Source: Mustelus asterias | Taxonomy: Eukaryota | Direction: 5' to 3' | NCBI RefSeq assembly: GCF_964213995.1 | Contig: NW_027590140.1 | Span: forward strand, 682,001-746,000 | Length of the DNA: 64,000 bases | Shown: positions 37,614 through 49,569 of the stretch, one piece after another | Position numbering within the stretch: position 1 is the stretch's first letter | How the letters are laid out: each line of letters opens with the position of its first letter | Position numbers and translations under genes: made by a program | The notes under the pieces: model-generated | Told to the model about the DNA's origin: nothing | Databases searched by the model: none | The model's input: the letters and a program-made list of their open reading frames with translations, nothing else

Positions 37614-40137
37614 CGAGCCTCACCTAGAGCACGTGAGATGGTGTTGGTGCTACTATCGCTTGACCAGCTACCATTTTGGGGACGGTTACGGTCGGTAGTG
37701 GAATTTGAATTCAATAAATAAAACCTCGCATTGATGACCATGAAACAATTTCCGACTGTTGGAGGAAGCCATATGCTTCACTCATGTATTTTAGGAAGGA
37801 AATCTGCTGTTATTATCTGGCCTACTTGTGACTCCAGAGCCACAGCAATATGCTTGCAACTCAACTCGGGATGGGCATTAAATGCTGGCCAGCGACGCCA
37901 GTGTTTCACAAATGACCGAAAGAAAAGCCCGAATGTGCAAGTTTGAGAGAAGCTTTCTGAACTGACAGAGCTGGAAACGGGAGCCAGTTAAAGATATTCT
38001 GTCGGGTTTGAGTGTGGACAGAAATGTGGAGGGGAAGGCGAAATGTAACGTCGTGTAAGTTACTGTATTCAGCTAATATTCAGCAATAAACGTGAATTAT
38101 TTCTATTTTCCTCACTCCGAGGTGAAACGTATCTAAAAATGTTTCCTCCCGTTTTCGAATCGGGAATCTTTCGTGTGTTTAGGTGAATGTGATAATTATT
38201 ACAGACAGAAACGATGCTCGACAACTCTGCAACAGACTGGGGTGTCGAACCGTGCAATTTGATTGTACTTCAGAGTTTCTGAAGTGTGGTGTTTTATACA
38301 TTCACTTAACATATGAAAGGTTTCCTGTGTGAAATAGGAAACGAACTAACTCATCTCTCAGTGTGAGGAAAAGTTACCTCATTTTCTTTTGTTGTTAAAT
38401 ATTGAAAGAAAACATTATCTCTCAGCCTAACTGCAGTTGCACTTCCCAAGTGTGAAACGTTATTCTGCAAAATGCTCAGTTAAAATAAAGTTTATTTATT
38501 AGTCACATGTAAGGCTTACATTAACACTGTAACGAAGACACTGTCAAATTCTCTGGTCGCCAAACTCCGACGGCTGTTCGGGTCAATGCACCGAACCAGC
38601 GCGTCTTTCCGGCTGTGAGAAGAAACCGGAGGATCCAAAGGAAACTCATGCAAACACGGGGAGAAAGTGCAAACGTCAAATAGACAGAGACCCAAACCGG
38701 GAATCGATCTTTAGCACTGTGAGATGGCAGTGTTAACTACTGTGCCACAGTGCAACCACCCTCCCCCCTACCGCCCCCACACCCCCCCTACCGCCACCAT
38801 CCCCCCCCCCCCCCCCACCCCCCGGCCACCCAGACATGGTAAAAGAGAAAAGAAATGGCACAAATGTCCTTTACTGATTCTAATGTTAGATGAATTTCTC
38901 TGCCGCATGAAAAATGGTTTTTAGCCGAATTGTACTTCCACAAATCAGGTTATAAAGTTAAATCAGACTGTACTGTTTGACCATCAAGTCGCTTTTATCC
39001 TGAGCGGACTTTGTGTATTGAAGGGATAATCACATTCTATTCATATTTGCGCAGGTCCCAGGCGCTAAACGGGGCAGAAATGCTGTCAAAACTCACTGCT
39101 CTGAAGTTTCCGAATTCAATTTTATTGTTAAATGTGAACTGAATTGGGTATCAATCAAAATATTTAATATTTACCTTTCATCATTTCATAGAAAACAGAC
39201 ACAGCTAAATCGCCAGTACTTTCTGCTGGCAGGGGATCTTTGGAGAGTGGGGGCTGGAAGATTGCTGCTTTTCCCTGTCTCACTCACTGTGTAACGGAGA
39301 AAGAGAGAATAATTAATGAGTTTGTTAGAATGGAATAATTGAATGGATTTCTAATGGGTTAGTTAAGTCTAACAGTCAGAGCCATCCATTGCAGACACAT
39401 CCATGTCACTGGGAATCAATTCTCCTACAACTGTCAGACAGTTCACCCTTCAATCCCCGCTGGCTCCGGTTCCCAAAGAGTTTCTAAAGATTCGCAAAGC
39501 TTGAGAGAGTGTTTTCTGGTTTGATTCCTTCCCCATTTTCCCCACCTGCCAACTGAAAATATTTTCCAAAATCTCTGCTCAATCATCCGCCTTGCATCAT
39601 GTCCAGGGATGAGGAAATTCAGTTTTGTGGTGAGGTAATAGAGACCGGGACTGTACTCTTGAGGACAACGTTAGTTAAATAGAGATTTCATGGAGCTACG
39701 GCGAGAATTGGATGATTTGGAGAACTCCTCCAAGGAGACATAGATACGCGGAATGACCTCATCCGCTAATCAAAGATTCTATGATTCTCGTTGTTTCATG
39801 TCGCAGTCGCTTTATTTATTGTTAGACAACTGAACAATGAGCAGGCACAGGATGATCAGGGACTTCTGTGGAGTCAACTGGCGCTTTTTTCGGCCCAACA
39901 GTTCCGAGTGCAGCTGAGAGTCACCGCACACTTCACTCAATATTGAGTCTGCAGTATCCCCACCCACAGCTTCCGTTTGCTGCTCTCACTCTGACCCGAT
40001 TGTGTGATTGGACAGATTGCTGGCGTTGCGCCATTCCTCTCATTGTTTGGATAAGCAGTGCAATGGGACGGGGATCTGTATTTCTGTCTCTGACAGAGGA
40101 TTTCTCTCAGTGCTGAGTTACAGACTCAGCAAGGACC

Positions 40138-40648
40138 ATGGAGAACTGGCTCGCTCAGATCCTCATCATTATCTCACTCCTCAGTAAGGTTTTTTTCCTT
40201 CCCAGTAAAACTACATGCTCCTGCTGACTGCTGCAACCCAGATGTTATTGTTGCTAAAACAACAGAGATGGTGGAGGTGATAATTGTATCGCTCAATATG
40301 AGGCTGACTCTGATTGTCATTATTGTTGTTATTTCTGTTAGGATGGAGCCACCAAGCCAAAGTGGAACAACTGGGTCCTGAAATATCGGTTAAAGAGGAA
40401 AGTAATGTGACACTAACCTGTACGTTGGAAACTAGTCATTCTAATCTTTATGTATACTGTTACAGTCAGATTGCCTGGAAAACGCCAGGGTACATGTTTC
40501 AGTTTATTGGAGAGCATGTGCAAAGGAACACCGACCTCAATGATCGGGTTTCATCTAAATTTGAATAAAAAACGAACAATGCGAGCGAGCTAACGTTCAT
40601 TAACACACTGATTTCCGACAGCGCCGTGTATTTCTATGCCATGGAGCC
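40138..40648 (+). pseudogene. TCR alpha/delta-type V pseudogene (leader 40138-40183, V exon from 40342)
   Basis: Leader MENWLAQILIIISLL|GTAAGG; VTLTC..LYVYCYSQ (W>C)..in-frame TAA..DSAVYFYAMEP (C>Y), then RSS. Confidence 0.88.
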
Positions 40649-40688
40649 CACACTGCTGCAGAGATATATAGAATGCGGTACAAAAATC
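40649..40688 (+). promoter_or_regulatory. 23-type recombination signal sequence
   Basis: CACACTG + 24-bp spacer + ACAAAAATC immediately after the V end. Confidence 0.8.
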
Positions 40689-42995
40689 CCACGCTGGCAG
40701 TTCCAGTTAGTGCCCAGCAAACAAGCGCGGCAAATTCAGTTTCCACCGAGTGACGGAATTTCTTCACATTGCAGCAAAAGAAACCACTCAAAAATAGCAA
40801 CTGGTGTGGTCCAGTTGCACAGCTATATTAATTGATGATCGTAACTTATGGCTGTAGAATCATGAAATCATGGAATCCCTCCAGTGCAGAAGGAGGCCAT
40901 TCAGCCCATCAAGTCTGCGCCGACCACAATCCAAACAAGGATTGTTCCCGTAACCCCACATATTTACCTTGATAATCCCCCTTACACTTGGGTTAATTCA
41001 GCATGGCCAATCAACCTAATTGATATAAGATTGACCAATCGATCTGAGATTTGTTAAGTGGTTTTCCACGCCTTTCTCTGCCTACTTGTTCCTGACTGAT
41101 TATTTACTCATTTATGACAACTATGCCCATTTCCATTTCCCAGTCTTCAACGTAAATATTTAATGCTTTTTCTGTTACCTTGTAGTTTCATTCAAAGTTC
41201 TCCAATCTGGCTGCTCGGCTATTCGGTCCAGCTTTCCATTCACATCACAGGATTTCGCTTTGTATTGAATCATTTACTAACGCTGACACTCCTGGTACGA
41301 TCCCGTTGGTCCGCAGTAAGGAATGAACATTCGGCTCCGCTCTTACAGAGAGGCAAAGTTATAGAATTTCCAAAGTGACATTGTTATTGAGTTCAGCTCT
41401 TTGCAGATAAATTCTACCTGTGACCACACTGCCTATGTTAGGCCCCGCCCACAGCTTTCCCGTGCTATTCTAACTCTGATCAGTCTCACCTGTGCTGGTT
41501 TATGAGAGATTTTATTGTAGATATTGATGTATGTTGCTTTTTTCTGTTTGGCACTGTTTGTGTCAGCAGTCCAATGGGGTGGCAAGCTATACTTCCACTC
41601 TGGAAGAGGATTTCACATACTGCAGAGTTACAAATTGAGGGAATATCATATGGAAATATCTCAGACCATTCATTATTCTATCACTTGCAGGAGTGGCAAT
41701 TATGTCGCTATCCAAATAGCAAGGACAGTGAAGGAATAAAAATACCAAAAATGTATTAACTGCATACGTATGTTGCCAAACATGAGTGTTAAACTGCTAC
41801 TTTGGTAAATGAAAACTTCAAGTCATCTGTTTTCGGGGATACAACAATTATTTCCAATCCACTTGTAAAACTTAACACTGCTGTAGACTCTGTATATTCT
41901 TACTGAAATAATTTGAAGCATAATCCAAAAAAAAATTCTAGTGGTGTTGATCGTATGCAGAGCGCTGCAGAATTGTGAAAGAATTGAATTACCATGAAGG
42001 CATATTTAAAGTATATTGCAGCCACATAATATTATGCATTGTCATGAATTTGCTCTACAATTTTCAAACAAGTTATTAATTCTGCGATCGCAGTAATAAA
42101 TTGTTCAGAATGAGGGTCATAAGCCATGAATTAGTTGAATCAGCAGTTACTACAAAAATAAAGAAATACATTAAAAATATATAGTTTAATTTCTGAAATC
42201 TGCCTGTTCTCTGCCTACAACCATGTTTCCAAAAGTTTCAAATCAATAGAGGGATGGTATCCAAAAGATGTAACTGCTCAGTGCCACTGAGTTTAAACAA
42301 TGCCGAAACGCCAAAGCGTTTCACAATTTTTAACATTTCAGAGTCACCCAGAAACAATCTCCTCAGCAGCAAAAACATAAATCGCATCACTCAGGGGAGT
42401 AAACCCCTTTCAGAGAGAAACAGCTCAATTTTGCAAACAGACAAACAGAATCAAGTGCAACATTGCAAAATAATCTCAATATAAAATGCAGCAAAACAGC
42501 TCATCATTACGTAATAAATTAAAGGTTAAACTGACGATTTTAATGGAGGAATTGAAACTGAATTTAGTGTAGTTGGATCATATTAAATATATAAATTCAT
42601 ATTAAGCAAATACATATCGAAATTTTAGCACATTTTTCAGCTTGTGTCATACTTCAAACATGATAAAATCTGCAGCGATTAGATGTCATCGAAAATAAAC
42701 ATTTTTGTAATGCCCAACTGTTTAAAAGATTTCATGTATTTAAAGTTAGCCAGTCACACAGCTGCATATCAACAGCAAATCACAACAAAAGGGGACTGGA
42801 TCCCTCCGCTAAAACATTTGTCAAGAAACAGCGGAATTCTGCATCCCCTTTTCATCTGAATCACATGAGTCATTCCAAAAAAATCACAAATCAGAATCCA
42901 CCCAACCACATTTCAGTGAATTAATATTATTAAAATAGACCAAAATGTAAAACAGAGACTCCGAAAAAATTACTTAATAAATGGCTGCTTCTTAC

Positions 42996-43646
42996 CTGAA
43001 GTTACAGTCACCTTGGGGTCCCCTGTCCCCAGGATCCATGGTAACCACTGCTATCTTTTGCACAGTAATAGATGGCGGTGTCTTCGCTCTTGAGGCTCCC
43101 CATGTCCAAAGCGAAGATATTGTTTGAAATGTTTTTGCTCGCAATAAATCGATTCTGAATCGCAGTGGCGTATTCCCTGGTCGATAAACTAAAGTAGTAA
43201 ATCAACAATTCCAACCCCTGTTGCGGAACCTGTCGGATCCAGTGCATGCCGTCGCTTCCAAGATCGAAGCCGCTCGTATTATAGGTCAGTCTCAGGCAGC
43301 CTCCGGGATGCCCGACCGCTGCCTCGGACTGACACAACACAACATCCGACTGGACACCTGTAAAAATATATCACATGAGTCATTCAAAAAAACACAAAAC
43401 AGAATCCACCCAAACACATTTCAGTGAATTAATCAATTATTAAAATAGTTCAAAATGTAAAACAGACTCAGAAAAAGTGACTTAATAAATGGCCCCGAGG
43501 ACTAATCTTTGTCAAATAATTGCTGACTCTGGAATATTCCAGAGATAGACTAACACTGACACAGTGACATTGAGAGACTTTGACAATAAAAACTACTCAC
43601 CCGACAAGAAAGCCAGCAGCAAAATAATATAAATCGCCGCGCTCAT
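42996..43646 (-). pseudogene. Germline-joined IgM-type heavy chain VH-D-JH (leader 43601-43646; VDJ exon 42996-43357)
   Basis: Leader MSAAIYIILLLAFLS|GTGAGT; [13 protein letters not shown](C>Y)[37 protein letters not shown], frameshift, then (K)VTVTS G|GTAAG; no RSS between V and J. Confidence 0.93.
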
Positions 43647-46600
43647 CCTTCTGAGAATTTGGGGGAAATGGTTGTGTCAGGAAATCAGTGAACAAACCAC
43701 CTCCCGGACTGTTGGATTCCGGTCCCAGTGAGCGCCATTTAAATACCCGGCAGAAGGGTGCAGCTTTCCAGGCGCCGCCTATTGATTCCCTGGTGGAGGT
43801 GGCAACTGGATCCACGTCCCACCTTCCACTACCCCAACAGAGTGGACTCCAAGGTTTACAATAGATTATTATTAAAATTGACATTTTATATGTATCGGGA
43901 TATGGTTTGACTGAATGGACTCATTGTAATCCGCTGGTCCCATTACTGAAACTGCATTTGCGCATCTGTTAATAAAGAAAACGAAGTTCCATGGCAAAGT
44001 GTCCCTGCTTCCCTACACCGTTAGGAAATGAACTGAATATAAAAACGAGTAAAATACTTGAGGATGGAATGGGGCGTCTGTCGTGTCTAATTTGCAACCG
44101 GTCTCTATCTGATCACAACAATGAAGTATCATCTATCAGACGAATTGTGATCCATTTATGTAACTAAATGCGGGGGGGGGGGGTGAACAAAGTGATTCTA
44201 TTTAAAATGTGAATGGCTATCCTTATGCATTTTGGATCTGCAAATAACAAGAGCCACCTCATTTTCTTTTACATTATTGCTCCTTACATTTGTCGAACTG
44301 CCCCTGAGCCTAACATGGCCCTGTGCCATTAGCACGCTTGCCTGATATTTAACTAGTGAGTTGACAGAGAAATATTTACATTTACATCAGCATCTGACAC
44401 GAAGTTAATGAATCGGAACGGTTACGCGATCAGTAAAATTCTCCTTCGGCATCCAAATCATTGCAGCTTATTTGATCGGCTGTCTAACATTCACTGATGT
44501 TGGGAGCACAGGATATCAGGACTTTGCGGCATATTACACAATATCACAAGAATAAATGTGTTACATTCCACTGAAGCATATTTCTCCACTCATTCGCAGC
44601 ACCCGTACTTCACTAAATTACTATTAAACGGGCTTTAAGAACTAGCATACTCTTGATTTGGAAATTCTATGAATTAAATCGTGTCCTCGTTCTAATGTCC
44701 TTGAGGGAAGAAATCTGCTGTCCTTACCTGGTCTCCAGAGCCACAGCAATGTGGTTGACTCTCAACTGCCCTCCAAGCGTGACTGGAGAAGGGCAATTAA
44801 TGCTGGCCCGCCAGTGGTGCCCATGTCCCATGAATGCATAAGAAAATGTTAAATGTTCAAGTTACTATTTTATCATTTTGTTTAATCTCAAAGTGGACAC
44901 GATTGTCACTGAATAAATTTCTTCAGATGGAATACCATTTAAATCTGCCATTGCTGTGCAGCTGAAACGTTTATTATTTGAATAGATAGATCCCATTTTG
45001 ATCATTCATATTTACGTTAATCTGCCCCGCACGGTATTTAAAAGCAACCCAGCCGACTGCAGTCAGGGAGGCTGGAAAGTCCGATGTCAACAACAGGAAG
45101 CAACTGGGGTGTTTGTGCAGTAAATAAAATATCTGTTTGCTCAGTATTGGCCACTTGGCTGCCAGCCAGCTTCGAACATTTAACATCGTCAATGACGTCT
45201 ATTTATAAAGAAATCTACCCAACGACAACGCTGGTGATAATCTTATATTTTTAGATTGTGAACGGATGCGAAGTGTTCCGATTTCCAAGAAAAGAGAAGT
45301 TATTCAATTTGTGTTGTCCCTCTTAGCTACAACAGTCCTATGGAGGGTCGCGCCAACAGATTATAACATTTGATGGATGTTTTGATGGTGAACAGGAAAT
45401 ACAAGCAGGCTACAAGGCACAGGATACATTTGGAAGAGTTCGTCATATTGCCCTCCATCTGGAGACAAATGTAGTTGAGTCCAGGGTACGATGGAGGATT
45501 CAGTTCAATGGTGGATCAGAGAGGTTCCCATCGTAACTGTTAGTCGGTATTCCAAATTCTACTCAAATTGCCTTCAAATTCACCAGCTACTCTGATGGGA
45601 TTTGTTCCCATATCGCCACAGCATTAACCCGGCATCTCGATTACTGGTCCAATTCCAGTAAAAATATGCCACTGTCGGCCCGAAAAAATAAAGAGGTGAC
45701 GGGGGTAATGTAACAAACAGTGACATTTGGATGCCAGGCCATTTTGTTTCTGGAATCAATGAATGAATTGATGGATATATCCATAGACGGGCCCGAAAGA
45801 CGTTGTTCGACATTCTCCTCTTTGTTCTCCAGTACTTCATTAATTGAACCAGGTCCTTTATTTCATCTGTGTCGACTACCTTCATTCCTTCCAGAGTTTT
45901 TCAACGAATTCAATCCCCAGACTATCAGGAAATATCGACTGTCCATCACCAGGAGATATTCCTGCTCTTCTGCTGATTCTTCCACTGCTGATGGTGAATC
46001 TTCATCTCAAGGACAGAAAGAGGGAACATGAATAGTATGTCGACGGAGGGTTGTAATATCTGGACCATATGGTTGTTTCATGTACAACAAATCACTCAGC
46101 ATATGTTCGCCCAAAATAGTAAAGCTGACAGACGAAAAACTTAATGATGTGGCAATGTAACTGTTGGGCAGCTGACATTGTTTAATTACGTCCCAAAACA
46201 GAGTGATAATCAATAAAAATTAAAGATTCATTGTCGTTACAATCACCATACACTCCAGTTAGATATCAGCAGTTTCTGTGATTATAGAATCCCGACAGTG
46301 CAGAGAGAGGCCATTCGGCCTATCAAGCCTGCACCGACAACAATCCCACCCAGGCCCTATCCCCGTAACCCATGTATTTACCGTCCGAATCACCTTGTGT
46401 ACGTGTGTGTGTGTGAATGAAAGAGAGAAATTGCGTGTGGTGTGAATAGCTCTCTCTCTCTCCTTCAAATTCACTGTCATCACCAACTTCTCAAACAAAC
46501 TATGACACATGCCTTTGTAAACGACCATCCGATCAACCATTCCTCACTAAAGCCCTTGGATGTTTTACCTTTCTAATTGTGTATAGTAACGTTTGTTTTT

Positions 46601-47388
46601 ATTCAGAATCTGTGGAATCTTATACCTTTATTCACTTGCGAACCATCGGAAACAGTGCCTCATGCAATGCCCAAGGAGGGTCTGACCAGCACAATCGTAA
46701 TGTGGTTCAGCGAAACATAAATATGGAAAGAAACCACTGTAATTATAAAGAGGCCTAGGACTGGTATAAAAAATATCTGATAATTTCCATATGTTCTTCA
46801 GTCTGAACTTGGTTGACCCTCCTACGTGATGAGCTTTGGAGAATTTTATGATGTTTAGCGTGCTGTTAAATGCGTAAATGTGTCGTGAGAATGCAGGTTT
46901 TCTGGTGTGGATGACCGGTGGCTTCTGCCGGCATCGTTTATACTGTGTGGAACTATATGTTGCAGGTGACTTTTACTTCAGTTCTGGGAGGACATTCGAC
47001 AGAATATGACTATAATTGCCATTCCGATTCTCTTCTGTTCTAATGTCACTGAGCTATGCCGGCTTCAGCATCATGGCTATAATATTTCTTAGGTAATTCC
47101 TAATAATGAATATTCCACATGGTAAGCATGTCTTACATTTAGCTATTAGCTAATTAATTCTAAACTATGTTAGGTTGCACGGATCTCCGCCCCCCTGCGG
47201 TCTCGCAACATTCTAAACCCCTCCCTGAATGAACATGGAAAGTTACTGCTTAATCAGTTTGTTTAACTAACTGTAAATAATTGTGGAAGTTAATTGCCTC
47301 CCTATAGATTTCCAATGGTATAAATGTGGGTTTATTTGACCTTGTCACAGAGAATCCTGTGATCAACCGTCATTGTTTCTCAAACAGA

Positions 47389-49569
47389 ATGCATGGGCGA
47401 ATAACTGGTGTAGTTTATGGCATTTACTATCCAATTATTGCTGCCATTGGGGTTCCGGGTAAGTCATTCTACTAAATCATTAACTTGACGTGCCGCTGTT
47501 TTATGAAGTAAGTGCTGAACATGGCAATAAAGAACATGACATAATTGTTTCCAGGTATCTTCCAAAACCTTATTTGCTCAGTGGTATCCTATCATTTCAT
47601 CATTTAATTATGCATTTTATTGATGAGAAGCGAAAAATGGTATATATTGACGGGAGTTTCAAAGAGTGAGAGGCGACCTCGTTGAAAGAGAATTCTCAGC
47701 AGGCTCTTACTCATGAAGTCTCCGACACATTCAATACTCTGTGGCTGATCTTGCCAGCATGCATGAACGGAAGCGAGGCTGTTCATGTTTTTGAAACGTG
47801 TAGTTGCTGTGAGAATACGTTTACAGCAATACAAACTTTGGGCATGATTCCACAATCACCGGACACAACATCCCAGTATATACTCTGTCAAGCCTGCTGA
47901 GAATTCTCTTTCAACGAGGTCGCCTCTCATTCTTTGAAACTCCAGTCAATATATACCATGTTTCACTTCTCATCATGGAACAATTCATATCATTGCTCAG
48001 TAGAATGGAAACTGCTGTTTCCAAGCCAGCAAGATTTCTGATGCAAACCATCTGATGCTCCTTAAATTGTATTAACTTGACACACCCAACTACTGAAAAG
48101 ATTCCCGTGGAATTCCAACAAGCCAAACTGAATCCTTATCACATTATACAGTTTAACAATGCAACTGTAACTGATATGTCAACCGTATCTACAGACTATT
48201 TCGTTTATGGGATACATGATACAAAGGTTGAATGTCAAATTTCGTATACAATCTGGGGATCTTCAGCCTTTCAGTCCTTAACTTTGCAATTATTGCCCGG
48301 AATCACATTGCCTTTCTTTCTCACTCCGTTCCTCACATGCTTTCCTTAAGTGTATTTCGTCGTCCAGTTATTCAGCATTTAACATAATTAATATCTGCTC
48401 CTGTTGTTAGATGTCAAATTGTACTGCAGCACTTTCCTGTTAAGAGACTTGGGAAACCTTTTGCCTTAAAGGTGCGACAGAACTGGAGGTTGCCCTTGTA
48501 GCTCTTTCTGAAACACAATTGACCTTGAAAAAAAACAAGAATAGCCGTCTCTTCTAACGAAGGTGAACTGGCAAACATGTCCAAATAGGTCTGTCACACC
48601 CAAGTGCTTGTTTGGAATTCGTTGAATAACTTTACAACTTTAATTTTCTTTTTCCTCTCAGTTAACGTGGTGGCGATTGTGATTCTGTCCCGAGGAAGGT
48701 GTGGTCTCTCCAAATGCATTACTCGGTATCTGATTGCCATGGCAGTGACGGATCTCCTTGTCGTTGTCGTCGCTGTGATATTCAATCGGATTATTGGCAT
48801 TTATTTTCCAGTAAGTTTTATGTCGTTGACTCCAGCCTGTACTCTGAGTTCTGTGATAATCTATGCAATCATGGAGTGTTCTGTTTGGCTAACCTTATTT
48901 TTCACCTTTGATCGTTATGTAGCCATTTGCTGCCAGAAATTGCGTACAAACTATTGCACTGAAAAAACAGCGGATGTGGTGATAGGAACGGTTTGTTTGT
49001 TGAACTGTTTGAAAAGGATTCCGTCGTACTTTATATATGAGCCAGTCTATATAGTGAACAATGTGCCTTGGTTTTGCAAGATAAAATCAACCTACTACAC
49101 TTCCTTCTCATGGGCAGTCTATGACTGGTTTGCACGTGTATTAAATCCTATTCTGCCTTTCCTTCTGATTTTGTCATTTAATGCATTGACCGTGAGACAC
49201 ATCCTGGCGGCCAATAGATCCCGCCAGAGACTCCGGACTCACAGCAGTGCAGAGAATCAGAATGATCCAGAAATGAAGAACAGGAAGAAGTCTATTGTTT
49301 TACTTTTCACCATCTCGGGGAGCTTTATTCTGTTGTGGATGACATACATTGTGGATTTCCTCTATGTGAAAATTACAAATGAATCTTATTTCGCAGGGTC
49401 CAATTTCAACGACCCCAAATTCATTCGCCAGGAAAGCGGAAACATGCTTCAGCTGCTGAGCTGTTGCACTAACACGTGTATTTATGCAGTGACGCAGAGG
49501 AAATTCAGAGAGGAGTTGAAAAATGCAGCAAAATATCTTGGCAGTCTCATTGTAAAAATAGTAAAGTAG
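47389..49569 (+). CDS. GPR139/GPR142-like class A GPCR, two coding exons (47389-47458, 48662-49569), 325 aa
   Basis: MHGRITGVVYGIYYPIIAAIGVP|GTAAGT spliced in phase 1 to VNVVAIVILSRGRCGLSKCITRYL; multiple hydrophobic TM segments, FDRYVAIC and TNTCIY motifs; 978-bp open CDS. Confidence 0.92.
47621..47975. repeat. 85-bp inverted repeat (47621-47705 / 47891-47975) in the GPCR intron
   Basis: Arms match 81/85 by eye; sequence is CR1-derived (LEFQRMRGDLVE-like). Confidence 0.88.

Noticed and set aside
41000-42860. Search for IgM CH1 or TCR constant exons downstream of the joined VDJ
   Set aside because: No C1-set pattern with splice sites found by eye.
45760-46080. Possible Gypsy integrase relic on the minus strand (EYLLVMDSRYF)
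   Set aside because: One short motif only; cannot be supported without a profile search.
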